A stretch of DNA of 61,621 nt, counting the filler, from Sphacelaria rigidula (Eukaryota): assembly GCA_964200075.2 (NCBI GenBank). It is 8 parts of 8 records of this genome, joined end to end, with 100 filler letters (N's around TTAATTAATTAA, not from the genome) between each part and the next. Parts side by side here need not be neighbours in the genome. Positions count along the whole stretch, not along the records: positions 23,149 to 30,763 come from CAXNAA020014082.1; positions 30,864 to 38,478 come from CAXNAA020014083.1; 6 more parts are not named here. The stretch is one strand, 5' to 3'. Positions 23,149 to 36,482 of this stretch are shown here, piece by piece. The first letter of the stretch is position 1. Every line of letters begins with the position of its first letter. The notes under the pieces are model-generated. The model searched no databases. It worked only from the letters and a program-made list of their open reading frames with translations, and was not told where the DNA came from. Position numbers and translations under genes: made by a program.

Positions 23149-23554
23149 CATTTCGAAATACTTGAAGATTTTGCCTCCCAAAACCATGCACTTTTTTGGG
23201 GGGGGCTATCGTAGAAAGTGTCTTAAGCATATCGCTGTGAAGTGCAGACCAACCTGGTCACGCTGAAAAAAATGTACTGCATAATGTATAACCTTAACAA
23301 CGGAACGAACGAAAATAGGATCTTTCGGTATTCGAACTCGTGATCTCCACAACTGGAGTCTCGTGTATCACTCGGATTGCAGGGGCCCAGCGGTGTCACA
23401 CAAAACCTTCCACGCTGGGCCCAACTTTAGGAGTTTTCAGCCGAACTTTCATCAGGATCTTCTGCGCGCGAGTACAAACCATGTCACGAGGGATGCCGCC
23501 GTTTTTTCTTTCACCGAGTGAAGACATTTTATAGTTTTTATTGACTTAATGGCC

Positions 23555-23768
23555 GACGAGGGAAGGGACGACTGAACCCCTCTCGCGATAAAAAAAGCGG
23601 CAAGCACCGCAGAAGGAAGGTGGAGAACTTAACAAAAACAAACAAAGACGAAAACAACTCCTGTTGTGACCTTCCTCCTGTGTGACCCCGGCTGGTGCGC
23701 CCACATATGCGAAAGGTGTAGGCCGGCGTCCAGAATAGATGGGGCGACAGCACACACACGTACACACA
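23555..23768 (+). mobile_element. tRNA-derived SINE, 3' part
   Basis: Reverse complement of the body of 18765-18975. Confidence 0.85.
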
Positions 23769-24232
23769 TTGAAATTCCAAATCGCTTTCATTTTGTTTTC
23801 CGGGCATCCCCAGAAATTTTGCCCGTGTTGATTACAGGGTCGTGTGACAATTTCAGCGCCCAACTCCTCAAAACTAAGCACCGCGTCACCCGATAACCGA
23901 CAAGAGACACTGTCAGCTGGCCCAGCTCGTTAAAAAAATACAGTAGGACTCAGGAAATCAACATAGACGTTGAAAAAACAAAACAAATAACCCCAGAAGA
24001 TCCGGTGCCTCGGGCGACCCTTCCGACTGAAGGAGACAGAGCCCATCGCTCCCACTCAACGCGCGAAGCCAAACAAAAACAACAGAAAAAACAAGAACCA
24101 AAAATCGCCAACCATAACAACAAAAGTCGCGTGGTTCTATCCTTGTACCCTTACTAGGACGGGGTGTTTTTCCCTCCGGGTTTACGCCGGCTATTCCCTG
24201 ATGATTTGCAGCAATATCACAGTGAAACTTAC

Positions 24233-24400
24233 CTTATTTCCTATGACGGCCACGTCATGTCCCGACCTAGGGGAAGGCGAACGACCGCTTGTCTGCAATC
24301 GAGCCCAGCGACCCATGACCCTCGTCTTGCACTTCTTATGCTTTCCGTCACACTCCGCACATGCCATGGTGGAACACTTTCCTCCCATGCTTTGCCCCAT
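24233..24400 (-). CDS. First coding exon of a Kelch-repeat protein
   Basis: MGQSMGGKCSTMACAECDGKHKKCKTRVMGRWARLQTSGRSPSPRSGHDVAVIGNK; W...PSPRSGH..AVIGNK is the start of a canonical Kelch blade; perfect AAG|GTAAGT donor; upstream TTCAG acceptor near 24450 suggests a 5' UTR intron. Confidence 0.85.
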
Positions 24401-24876
24401 GTGACCGGTCCCGTGCTATGCTTCAGTGTCCTCCTTGCAATGACTGTCCTGAACGACAAAAACACGGTGAGGCGGAAATGTTCAAATTTTGCGAGGAACA
24501 GGTTTATTTGTTTTGCACTCACTCACGGGTGAATTTGACCATTTTCTTGTTCTATGAGCGCTGGTAATTCGCTTGGTGGCGGTGGATTTGGTTATCTTAC
24601 ACGGTATCCCGTTTGTTTTATCCGGGGGGGAAATACAGGAGCTCCCTCTATATACTGCGACAGTAGATATCATGGAAAACCGCCCGTTTGATTCGTCCGC
24701 AACGTCAAGAGAGCCTAGCGGATTCTGCCTCCTCGATACGGTTCCGACACCCCCAAACGTTTCCCGGTGTGCACAGTTTGGCCTTGGAGAAGGTTGGGAA
24801 TTTTCCGTGCTAATCACCAAAAAAGCGCCATATACGCCAGTGATAGCATCACTTCGGTACACACGTCATTACGCAT

Positions 24877-25512
24877 AAAAAGAGTCTCCTCGAATGTGGG
24901 GTTCAACACCGCGGTGAGGTTGAAGGCGCTTTTGGCGAGTATATTTGTGCTAAAACAGTGGACGGAATCAAATATACACACACGTTCAGTTGAAAACTTC
25001 AAAACGGCTGCGAAATTTTGACAGAACGGCGCTTTCGTCGGCTTCCCAAGGGCGTGAAGAAACACGATGCTACACTTTTCCAAACATCTCCGGATAATAT
25101 ATAGAGGGAATGACGTTTCGGAGAGCGAAAGAGCATCTTACATGTTTTTGGATCGAAATTTCGTTGCTGGAAACGTTTAATTCGGGTGAACGCGGCGGTT
25201 TGATGTATGGAAAAGTGTCCGTGCGTCACGATTTCACATAGCTGGGACTTGGAAAACTGTAGCATCGCATTTATTCACGCTCTTTGGAAGGCGACGATAG
25301 TGTGTTCCCTCACCTTTTCGCAGCCGTTTGAAGACTTTCAATAAAGATTTCCATCCATAAAGATTTCCATCAATTGTTTTTACACGAATAAACTCTACTA
25401 GCAGAAAGTGTTTCCGTTGCTCAAGCTAGCTATTCACATAGAAATGGCGAAATTCCTAGAGCAGATTCAACGTCACCGCGATGTTGAACCCCATTTTCGA
25501 GGAGACTTTTTT
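24877..25512. mobile_element. Element bounded by ~50-bp inverted repeats
   Basis: AAAAGAGTCTCCTCGAATGTGGGGTTCAACACCGCGGTGAGGTTGAA is mirrored at about 25466-25512. Confidence 0.65.
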
Positions 25513-28500
25513 CTCAAGACATTCCCGCCTGAGGTACTTTTTGGCGTCGCCGTGACATGAAGTACCCCCTACCACACACGCCATCGCACACACACAGCAT
25601 ACACGCACAACATACCCTGCACAGCACACCACGGCAGCACAGCACAAAAGCACCCACAACACCACAAGCGACAGCAGCTCATGATACGCATGACCATCCT
25701 TCGTGCTCGAGATGGTTGTCCGAAAAGTTTACACGACCTTTGATTGTTCAATCTGCATGTTGTGTTTGGGTTCCCTTAGACGATGTATGCGCCTTCCTGG
25801 CGGATGGCTCGAAAATACTGTGGAAACCCGGGGATAGTTCAGTTTTGTCCCGTATTTTTGCCGTATCTCGCCTAAGTCAGAGCAACTATTTACATTACTC
25901 TGCGTTACAAGGAACTTCTATCTATGTCGTGCGTTAACTGCTGTCACTGATATCCGCGGAGGAGTATATTTACGTTTTGTACTTTGGACGTCTCTCCATG
26001 ACTGCCAGGTGCAGTCTAGCCCAAAAAACTACGACCACTGTAAAATGCAAAAGGGTAGCCCCGAGCCCCCTCAACGAGGAGAGCAAGCCATTCCCCAGGC
26101 GTCACAATCGGCGGAGTTGAACGACAACACCGAGAAATCAAAAATACATTATTTCCCGAATTACAGCTATTTCCAGAAGAGAGAAAGTTACAAACTGCTG
26201 ACGATTTGAGTGAGTGCAAAAACGAAGGAAATGAGCAAGAACTAGATTCCAACGGGAGAAATGTCTTCGATAATGCTGAGGCCAAGAAAAAAACGAGGGG
26301 AGCTTTTATTAGAAGAGAACCAAAACATGCCAGAGGTGCTGAAGGTTTGGGGCTATGTATGCGTGTCTTACTGTGGCAAATCGTTTTTCGCGGTCGATGG
26401 TTGAAATTACGACCTATCAGGTCGGGATTTTTGTTTTCCACCGCACTTTTTCGATCGAAAATTGATGTACCAAGACACGGCCTGAGAGGGAAATACATTA
26501 CGTTGGAAGCGAATTGATTGACGATAAACCTCAGGTTTGGCAGTATATATATACTGCCTGGCCAAGAGAGATGGGACGATCTAGAAACAGAACGAAATCG
26601 GCCAGCATGGTGCTAGCCGCAAAGATACTCGGAATGTTCCCTCGTGGGTGAGTTATCCCGCACCTATAGTGATACTTTGGTCCAAAGTCGAGGCCACTGC
26701 AACCCTTTATGGCTACAAGCAAAAGCTAAGGGACATACTTCCGCGATCACGAGCAAGCGGGGTTATGAGATGGACCTTGGAATAAATGGCGCGTCATTGT
26801 TGGGATCAGCTTATATTATGTTTGCCGTTGGTTTTACGACGGAGGTGTCTCCAACCACGCTCACCGTGGAGCATTTGATCCCTCGCGAAGCTTTTGGGAT
26901 CTTCGATGAAGGAGCGTTAGTGCATTCGAATCATAGCATGGAGGTGTTGTATCGGCATGCTCGAGCTCACTGACAAATGACTACAAGAGTAAAAATTTCA
27001 TGGTCAAAGTTGGTGTTGAGGCACGTCATTCAGCCAACTGGGAGGTCATCTCGGCCAATGCTATCGTTCGCGGTTACGTATGGCGGAGATCTAACGTAAC
27101 CGTTTGAACCGAAAACGCTTGTTGAACTTTTGCTTAATTTCAGTCAAAAATATTTATGCGAGGCACGTTGACACGATTGTGTTGTCATATCGCCACGGAT
27201 GACGCATTGTGAATAACAGCTCAACTCTAACCCTAACTCTAACCCTTTCACCCTATCCCTGACCCCAATCGATGACAAAGCGCAAATCCTCGAGCGAGGG
27301 ATATATATGTACATATGATGCCGAAGACAAAGTGCGCGTGGGCAGAGGTCAAATAAGAGATTACACGGCACCAGCCCGTGGTCAGGAGCGACAAAAAAAG
27401 AGCAGACCGATCCGAGCAAAAGACGCGTGCTGCGGACGATGGGAGTACTTGGGACTGTCTCCCCTCCCAAGATCTGAATCTCATCGACTGAACGGAAATC
27501 AAGTATGTCTCACCCCTGGAAATTCAATGACTGACTCTGGTAAACTCTGCAGTTATAAAATCATGCAACTGCACTAGAACCATAAGGTACGTCTGGAAAC
27601 GGCCACGCTACACGTACATGCGGGCATCCTACGATACGAGGGGGGGGGCGCGGGGGGTATTAGACCATTTTCCCACGACAGCAGCGACGGCTGTTCAAAC
27701 GCGCCATTATTACCGATAGATAACACTCATTCATACTGCTTGACACCGTTTTCACCCGAATACAGGCGCACCGTAAGTGTGTCATAGGTCGTCTGACACA
27801 CACAGGGGTCTTTTTTCGTGGAATCGAACCCCACCCCCACCCCCCTTATCGGAGGATCACTCATGCATGTACCACGACACGTCACACACACCGACGTTCG
27901 TTCTGCGACGACTCCAAACCTTTTGAAAGTGCTGCATCACGAGCAAAGTTCAGTCTTCATCAGAGGCGCCCAGCACACACACGTACAGCGAAATAACGTC
28001 AGCCCGATCGAACCCACCAAGGACAAATGTCGACAGAGAAACGTTTTTGCACCGTACAAAAATCCAAAACTATCGTAAAATACCGCCGAACAGGACGAGG
28101 TGACACATCGTTTCCCCCTCTTTTGCATGTATGGCGATATATGAATCAAATGCTGTGTGTCCAGAGAAGTTCTGTTGCGCTGCCTCTGGCGTTTGCCTCA
28201 GCTAACGATTGTTACGTCAGGAGGAAATACGTGTACCGTGGGACAAACGAAGGGGAGGCTCAGTGTGCTCGTCTCTAAATTGTCCACGCTGGTTGATGCC
28301 TCGCTACTGCAAATTATGAGCTGAGGCGTGCGCCTTTCATTACACACGTCTCTTCTGTTATTGGACATCAACCGAGTGATCCCAGTACACCAGTATTTGT
28401 ACACTACTACACAGTATAGAGTAATCCAAGGTACAGAGTGTGTGGACTACTTACAGATGGACTTACTACGAGAAATATAACCTTCCTGAAAATGCCTGTT

Positions 28501-29111
28501 TGTCAGGATTCGGCAGTTTTGGAGGCTGCTGACTTTACGATGTGCTCAACCGTGAGTGGTACTGTACAACACGCTGCACTGTACGAAGAGCGACTTCTTT
28601 ACTTGTTGTGTGAGAGAGGACTTGGAGGCTTTCTCCCCGTCTCATATCACCAGAACCCTCCACGATAAGCCACTCGACAGGTAAGTTTAACACATGGTGT
28701 GCTGCATCCTGAAATTTAATCTCCAATTTTGTTATTTTTGTGCGGAAAAACAAGGGTCAAATCGTGTTTTGTTTGTCCGCCCCGCCCCAAGCCGCTCCAC
28801 CCCTTTTTGCCACGAACATCACTTGCTCGGGTGAGTGCCCAAAGCCGTCTCGGCCAAGCTCGTTCCATCCCACTGCTTACTATGATACTCACAAACACTC
28901 GGTAGAGGAGCGGAAGGGGGTGGGAGATGGGGGGAAAGACGGGCGAGCTGGAGCGTGGTGTACGCTGACCAAGCCACCCCAGCCTGTTGTACGGTTGCCC
29001 ACGCGTATTTCCTCACGTTCAAGAACAAGAACGTACACAAATAGTACACGATTGAGCGCTTAAAGTTTGTTAAGCCGAGGGAATATTGCGTACAGTAAGT
29101 CTACGCTTACC

Positions 29112-30148
29112 CTAACTGCGCCCCGCGCTGTTGACGCAGCTTGGCCTCACTTCCTGAGTGTGGATCCCTTGGTGCAGCGAGGCGTATCGTTGTTGCTGAT
29201 GGTGTGGCTGTTGATGGCTAGCCGTAGGCTGGGGTGATGTCATACGCGCTAGTGGGGTCTCCTGTATACGCTGAGCAGGTTGAGTCAAATTGAGTCAAAT
29301 CGAGTCAACGCACCTTGAGCAGGCTGCTGAACATGTACTGTACTGAGTAAAGCTTAACACACTGGATTCAAGTGACGTCTACACAGCTGGAAAGATTGAA
29401 AGATTGAAGGTTACCCGATCTGATGAGCTAGGAGTAACGAAGTACGTATTTTGTTTTTTCAAATTCAAAAAATCAAATATTTTGCGGCGCGATCACTCAC
29501 GGTTCGATCGACCGCCGAGATCTCAGAAAGTTGACCACGGGTCTGCGCAGCAGACTACCACAGACTGCAGAGCATTACAAGCATCCAACAACCCTTCCTT
29601 CTGGTTTTCGTGGCTGGAAACCCTTGCCGACAGCAAACACGATTGAGTCCTGCCGGCTGTCCCATCGCAACTGTGCTTGAGCGCACCCTGTAGAGAGAGA
29701 GCAAGTCCGCTCCCTAGTACATGTACATGCATATGATTACTCCGGAGTATGTACAATATTATGTAGATAAAACTTTATTCGGGGAGGATGCGTGTCAGTT
29801 TCATGAACACAAGATCGTATGTATGGTGTGTGGCCATCCCGGCATGACATGTCAGATATCTCCGGAGCCCCGAGCACCTCGCAAGCTTACCTATCTAGTC
29901 ACGGTCAAAATTCTGCTTCCAACCCATAATGCTGCGAGTAGAACCCAACATGTGTTTTTCACGCAAGATATATCGGACAGCACGCACATGGATACTTGCT
30001 TAAGATATTGTGCCTTGCCCTCACCTAGGAGAGCACGTACTACCTGTCGGTCTGCTCTGGGTACGGCATGCGTTGCGTAGTAGGTCTTGTAGTCGTTGCT
30101 ATTCTTCGGTGTCTTTCTCGTATTGCTTTTATAAGTAGTGTCCGAGTT
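29112..30148 (-). CDS. Three candidate 3' exons of an unidentified gene (30044-30148, 29559-29687, 29112-29261)
   Basis: Each is preceded by a YAG acceptor and the first two end at GT donors; all splice in phase 0 into one open frame ending in TAG; low-complexity product with no domain recognised. Confidence 0.45.
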
Positions 30149-30763
30149 CTATGTAGCAGGGCGTGATAATGAAAAAATGTGAGCTTCAAGCCTTGATTCT
30201 GTCCAGTAGGAATCACGAAAAAAAACAGTTGAAGAAGTTGTCGCTGTCGACAATACCCAGCGCACTTCGCCCGCTGATTTTCAGCCGCCTTACCGTGCGT
30301 TGCTCATAGCAATATACTGCACACGAGCTCTGTGCTAAAGGAGGTGACACAGCGTTGTGAGCGTGGGTTGTGGGTGGAGGCTTTTCAATATTATCTTGGT
30401 ACTGGAAATGTGCAGGACCTACGACACTACTACTACTACTGTTCTACATGCATGCGTCGCACCCCGTGGGAACGCGCAATTATTCTCGTTGCCGTACGAG
30501 CTGGGCCAGCCGAGAAGCGATTCTGCAGTTTGCAGGCCCATTATACGGCCAATACTTGGAGTTGAACCCTGACATTTGGTATGGACAATGAGTATAGGGC
30601 ATAATAAAAAAATTACTGGCGCATACAAGTTGTTTTTTTTTTCCCCATGAGTTAGGGGCATTTTACCGATATCTGGAAACTTATTATTGCCCTTAAGGCC
30701 GCTTCTTATAATAGACAAAAATAATAACCCGGAAAAATGTATTTTTGGAGCTTTTACGTCGTT

Positions 30764-30863
30764 NNNNNNNNNNNNNNNNNNNNNNNNNNNNNNNNNNNNN
30801 NNNNNNNTTAATTAATTAANNNNNNNNNNNNNNNNNNNNNNNNNNNNNNNNNNNNNNNNNNNN
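30764..30863. other. Artificial scaffold linker
   Basis: N44-TTAATTAATTAA-N44. Confidence 0.99.
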
Positions 30864-31513
30864 ATGTATAAGGGAGAATGGGCCTGCAAACTTCAAATCC
30901 GCCTCTAGGCTGGCCCAGCTCGTAGTGTCTTAGATACCTGCTTTTTTTGCTCGCCGTTCATACCCGCGATTTTGGAGAAGTTCACGTGTGTTTTTGTTTT
31001 ATATGCAAGATGTAAATTTCGAGAGCAGTCTTACGCCAGAAAAAAAAAGCAAGTCAGCTGCCATTATTCCCGCATACAAAAATCATACGCACCTCATGTA
31101 TCTTTCGACGGTTCAACAGGGTTTGGCACTGAATTTTCAGTACAAACCAAGGGTTATTTTGCTCGTGGGTTTCTCCGCCGAGTCTGAACGAACCAGCCTG
31201 AAACTTGGCACAGAGGTAGACCAAAACACAGACAGCATATTCCCGGAGCGGCGGCACGTTTTACGTGGTGCGCTAGATGCACGAAGCTAAATACGGATTT
31301 TGGGCAATGCCATCGATACGCCCTCAAAACGCAGTGCCCTCGGCCCAGACTGCGTGAGACGTCAGTGGATGCTTGTGTTGACACGCAGATACGCTCATTT
31401 CCTGCTGGGTGGCTCCTGCCCCGGCAAACAAGCATCGATCCGTATTGCGCACACTATGGATGATGTCACTCTACGCGGTACCTATCTTGGTATCACCTGT
31501 AGAGGTGCTCATC

Positions 31514-31965
31514 TGTTACAGATTTATTGGTCATTTTCCAGTCGACTAGGTTCCATGTGTCATACTTTGTCATGCTTGGTACCTGATGGGTCATACTACA
31601 TTGTGTGGTTGGATTGAGCTGGCTGCCCCTATGTTTTACAACCTTTTGGACTAGTCTCAGGATAGCAACGCACAAGTTAGCCTGTACGCCAATGATACAA
31701 GAGCATCTACGCCATCACGGACTGCGGTATCAGAGGGATGTCTGGTCTTTTTACCATGTAAGCCCGACCTCCATGCAACATATGTTGTCCTGCAGCCTGC
31801 GCGGCTCACGGGTATGCAGCCCGACGCTGCGAACCTGGGTTGACTCCGCACTTCGTAACGTCGAACTCAATGGATCGATATACTTGACTGCGTTTGGGCG
31901 CGACGGCCGAGGTGCCCACGAACTGGCACCTCATACCCCCAGATGGTAAGTATCGAACCATGACA
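31514..31965 (+). repeat. 5' LTR (452 bp)
   Basis: TGTTACAGA...ATGACA; aligns along its length with 37296-37753. Confidence 0.9.
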
Positions 31966-32644
31966 TGGTGTCCAACCCGTGCTTGTGTAGAGTCAAAACT
32001 GGCATGCTCCGGACACAAAATTTCGGAGGGGGGGGGTTTCTGGCGTGTGGGTCGGATCAGGTAAAATGTTACTTATTTTATATAGAGTAAATAGTGTGCC
32101 TGTTCACAATATTTTGTAGTTTTCACAGGGTATCTTACCTGCAACATCATGTAGCATGTATTATAGTAGACAGTGCGTTTGAAGTTCAAGACTGGATGTC
32201 TCTGATGTGGTTGGACAGCATGTACAGTGTACTATGATGGTATGCTGCTTCGGCTTTTCGCACTCTTTTGTTCTGTCTACCTACCATACGCACGTTGAGC
32301 ATAAATAGTTGAGCGTGGGCTATGTAGTTTGTTTCGCCCCATGGGTGCCCTGTACTCCGTACCCCCGCGTTGCACTATCTTGAAATCATAACCAAGCAGA
32401 GCGCCACCAACGGCTTTATGCACGAGCTCATCCGAGATGGTTCATCAGCACGCGCTACAATCTCTCATCTTGAACGGGCTCAACAGACACTGCTGACGTC
32501 CAAAGTAAAAGCGAAATGACCTAGCCGATATAATTTCATGAAAGGCAATACGGTCGAACGAGAATTGGACGAGTTCAACGAACCAGAGGGCCTACAATTA
32601 CTTCGGGGCGTTTCGGGACATCAGGCTCCACACAGCTGCGGAAG

Positions 32645-33000
32645 CTGTGCAGCCGCGTTGTTGCTGTCTGTTGTTGTGGTTTCCGCTGCTGTTCTGTACT
32701 GTTGTTCGTCGCTGCCGTGCCGCCGCTGTGTGTTGCTGCTTCTCGCCGCACGGCTGTGCTGTTTTTCGTCGCTGCCGCGCCGCTGCTGTGTGTTGTTGGT
32801 TGTTGCTGCTGTGTGTTCTTATTGTTCTTGTTGTTTGTTGTTGTCTGTTGTCGTTGTTGTCTATCATTACTGTTGCTGTTGTTGTTGTGGTTGTCTGTTG
32901 CTCCTGCTGCTGCTGTTTCCACCGTGCTTTCTGCCACCTTGGTTTGCTGTTGTTATCCCGCTTGTTGTTTTGTTTTTGCCTCCACCGCCTACTGTAGGCT
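32645..33000. repeat. Low-complexity (GTT/GCT)n tract with an internal 60-bp duplication
   Basis: Trinucleotide-rich; TCGTCGCTGCCG.GCCGC.GCTGTGTGTTG at 32706 and 32766. Confidence 0.9.
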
Positions 33001-33859
33001 GTACTTTTCTCGCTTGCTATCGCATCGCATGTTGTCATGTGCACGCGTATTTTCCGCCCTCATATTATTTTTGAACCTTGCCTCGATCTGATCGCACAGT
33101 TTTTGTGTTGTCATCGTCGCCTGCATTGTATCACCTTTGCCTGACCTACACCTGTCCACCCATGATATCACCGCTGTACCTAACCAGCAATGATCGTGTT
33201 CCAGGCATTCTCCATTTATTTCGGTATTTTTGTTGCTATTGAAGTAGAACAATCAACCCACCATGATCGGTCCGTATTTTTTGCATTTTTATTGTGGTCA
33301 TGGGGATTTGTGAAATGAACGTGCGGTAAAGCTTCCAATTCTTCGGTCTTGATTGATTTTCTTTCATCGTACATTCCAATATTTTCTGCATCTCCGGGTG
33401 TCGTGTCTACCATAACTTTCTTTTGAGCCACCCGATTGTATTGCGTGTTTTATAATTTTGCGCCGCCGTTGTCTTGCTCTGTAGAGCTGCACGATTTTTC
33501 ATTTCGTGTTTTGGTAATTTTGGTTTGTGTTAGGCGATCGTGATGTGTTTCTTTTGACCGGGCGGGGTGTAGGCTATATGCATGGCCTTGTCTGTTGCGC
33601 TGCCTGTACTCATCATGCTTGAGCAGGATTCGGCTGGTAATCGTTTCATATATCTGGTTCGCAAGGCCGAAACGCCGAATTTACCGCCCAGCACACGACA
33701 TTTCGGTCTGCGTCACGTGGTATAAAATCGAGCCGTGTTTTCATGAACTCCAAGACTTTCAACGCATACTAACCGTGCCCTATATTACTTCCTCCTTTGT
33801 TTCACCTACTCTTGTCTTGGGTGTGTCGCATCCCAATAAGGGAACCGGCGCTGAACGTG

Positions 33860-34827
33860 ATTGCTTTGGGGAGGACAAGCAGGAAACACTGAGCGGTTTG
33901 CTCATGACGGTATGTTCCGGCGTGATGTGTCAGCAATCTGGTTTGGTTTAGCTAATCCCGTGTACCTTTTAATAGGATTCTGGTGGCAGGGTTTTTGCCT
34001 TGGTGTCACTAAACATGATCTCCATTTTTATCCCACTCTGGTGATCGATTGTATGGTTTGCTATTCAACAGGTTGACTTCTTGACGCACCCTGTGCCGTA
34101 GTTGGATACCACCTTGTCCCTTCGCGGTACCACAGTTGGATACTACATTGTTCAGTTGCTTCAAACTTGGTTTTCGATATCATGCTGCCACTCATCTTCC
34201 CGTGCATTGCCTTGCCATTACTCATTCACTACGCAGACGTACGTCGTTTCCCAGTTTTGCCTTTTTGCCCTTCATGCCCAGTGTACCATGCAAGTTGACT
34301 GCGCGACTATATGTCTTGTCTTTGACGGTTCTCACAGGCCCTACATATAGTTTTTAGACACTTGTTTCGCTGATGTGGTCGCTGAACCCCCTTGGGGGGG
34401 CGAAGTACGAGTTCCTACTGTCTTGATGGTTGCTGTACAGCGTGCACACCCTTTGCCACAAAACAACGCGGCCTCCCACGATAAGAACGCCGCATGATCA
34501 GAGAAGAAATGCACAAGCTTCTTGACCGAGGTGTTGCCCACCCAACTTTCCCCAGCAACGTTTGTCGACTACACGATTTTATGTTTGGTAAAATTGGCCA
34601 AATTGGCCAAATGCATCTTTACTGCAGGGTCTGACAAGTTCCTTAGCCTGTTGATCAATAATACCGGCATACCACCAGCCCCCTCCAAACGCAACGCAAT
34701 TGCTCAGAGATCACGTCCTTACATTCGAAAAACTACATTCGTTTCTGGACCCACCGGGTACATTGGACAGTTTGTCAAGGAGCGTAGCATTCTAGTCGCC
34801 CCGCTGACCGATATTCTAAAAAAGTAG
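33860..34827 (+). pseudogene. Degenerate Gypsy pol (RT and RT-RNase H linker) fragments
   Basis: LAKCIF...KFLSLLINNTGIPPAPSKRNAIAQ and FVSGPTGYIGQFVKERSILVAPLTDILKK resemble Gypsy KC.F..FLG..I...GI.P...K..AI and FLG..GY.R.F...S...APLT.LL; weaker EDK.ET and FGLANP at about 33870-33960. Confidence 0.75.
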
Positions 34828-35715
34828 GAAAGCCAACAGGGTGGCTACACGATGTAGGTAAACGCGCGCTCTCCTTTTGTTGTCAAACTTATGTGCCGTA
34901 CCACTGCAGCAAGACTTCACTACCACAATCCAGTCGTCTCACAATGGCTCAGCTAGGATATGGCATACGAACTAGAGACTCGCCCAACGACCTTCAATGT
35001 ACAACTCATGCGTGTGAGGTCACGTTTCTTGTCATTTCTGTGCTTTGTCTCGGTATATTTAGTACAACGTATCTCATTATTACTTTTCTATTTAGCATGC
35101 CTCGTCTATTTACAGTTTTATAGGATTCGAGAACCTAGGGTGAAGGCTGCTGAAAAGGTTACAGAATTGTACAAATCTTGGCCCCAGAGAGAGTATGTTT
35201 CACGAACACTCTTGCGCAATCGCACCCTATCCGACGACCCGACGCCATGCTACCGTCTGACACATTCCCCTTTGAGCTCTGGACTGGCGGTAAACATTAC
35301 ACACGTACCACCGCTGTCTCAAAAGCAAGTTTTTTCCATATCCGCCCACCCCATCCGAAACACTCCATACCCGAAGTGTTTGCGTCCCACCTTGGGGTGG
35401 ACCGCGTCCCACCTCGGGGTGGACCAAAGTGGAACGCTACACCCACATTCCACCTGACCCCTGAATTTCTCCCCGTGTTGGATTGCATTGCCTGTATCTG
35501 TCACCGTGTTGGATTGTCGAGAACTCCACGTTGTTTCAGGCACCGACGGGTGGGGGAAAGGGAAAAGCTTCAAAAGGGGGGGGGGGGGGGGGGGGGTCCT
35601 CTTTTTTGTAGCGACANNNNNNNNNNGGGGGGGGGATGGGAGGGGGGGTGGGGGAGTGGGGTGGTGAGTGGGGAGGGGAGGCGGGGGGGGGGGGGGCGTA
35701 CTCCTTTGTTTCGAG

Positions 35716-35950
35716 CATCCAAGTAATTTCCTTAGCTGCTGTAATCTGCACTGTTCTCAACTCCTTCACCAACTTCACTGCATCCAAGTGTTCTCTGAGC
35801 TGTTGCAATCTGTACTGTTCCCAACTTCTCCACTAATTTCATTGCACCCAAGTATTCTTTCAGCTGCTGCCATTTGCACCATTTCCGCATCAAAGTATTT
35901 TTTTAGCTGCTGCCAGCTGCACTGTTTCCAATTTCTTCAGCAACTTTACC
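35716..35950. repeat. Degenerate ~64-bp minisatellite (about 4 units)
   Basis: CATCCAAGT...AGCTGCTG..ATCTGCACTGTT recurs near 35716, 35781, 35845 and 35888. Confidence 0.75.
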
Positions 35951-36204
35951 CTTTGCTTTGCCATGTCTAATGCTAGTGTCAGGTCATCAAAGAATACCTC
36001 GAGTAGAGAGGGTGATAACGTACATCCTGGTGCGACTCCTTGCAAAATGTCAAATTATATCGATATTTCCCTGTCTAGCATCATCGCACTTTTGGCACAT
36101 TTCTCCTGTCTTCATCATCCACACCTTTCCTTTGATCACAGTTCCTCATATATTTTCCCACAACCCATTGCTCCATACTGCGTCATGAGCCTTTTGCATC
36201 TGGA

Positions 36205-36482
36205 TCACCCCACAGTTTCTTCGACCCCGCCATCGCACTCAAAGCACCCCCCTCCCTCACGAGTGATGCTTTGAAGCTTCTGCTCATAGGTGCTACCTCC
36301 TGGAAAGGCTATAGCAGTGCCCATCTGAAGCGCCAAGTGTATGTCACTCCACAGTTTCTTCGACCCCGCCATCGCACTCAAAGCACCCCACTCCCTCACG
36401 AGTGATGCTTTGAAGCTTTTGCTCATAGGTGCTACCTCCTGGAAAGGCTATAGCAGTGCCCATCTGAAGCGCCAAGTGTATG
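36205..36482. repeat. 139-bp head-to-tail tandem duplication
   Basis: 36205-36343 and 36344-36482 with 3 mismatches. Confidence 0.95.

Noticed and set aside
25340-25372. Small tandem duplications (16 bp here; 10 bp x3 at 29280; 22 bp at 35382; 12 bp at 6702)
   Set aside because: Ordinary slippage products with no further structure.
26099-26973. Plus-strand open segments (GVTIGGVERQHREIK...; VQSRGHCNPLW...)
   Set aside because: Possible exons, but the donors are weak and there is no homology evidence; not supportable.
32538-33091. Overlapping Cys/Leu-rich and Gln/Thr/Asn-rich ORFs
   Set aside because: Products of (GTT/GCT)n low-complexity sequence that is open in several frames on both strands.
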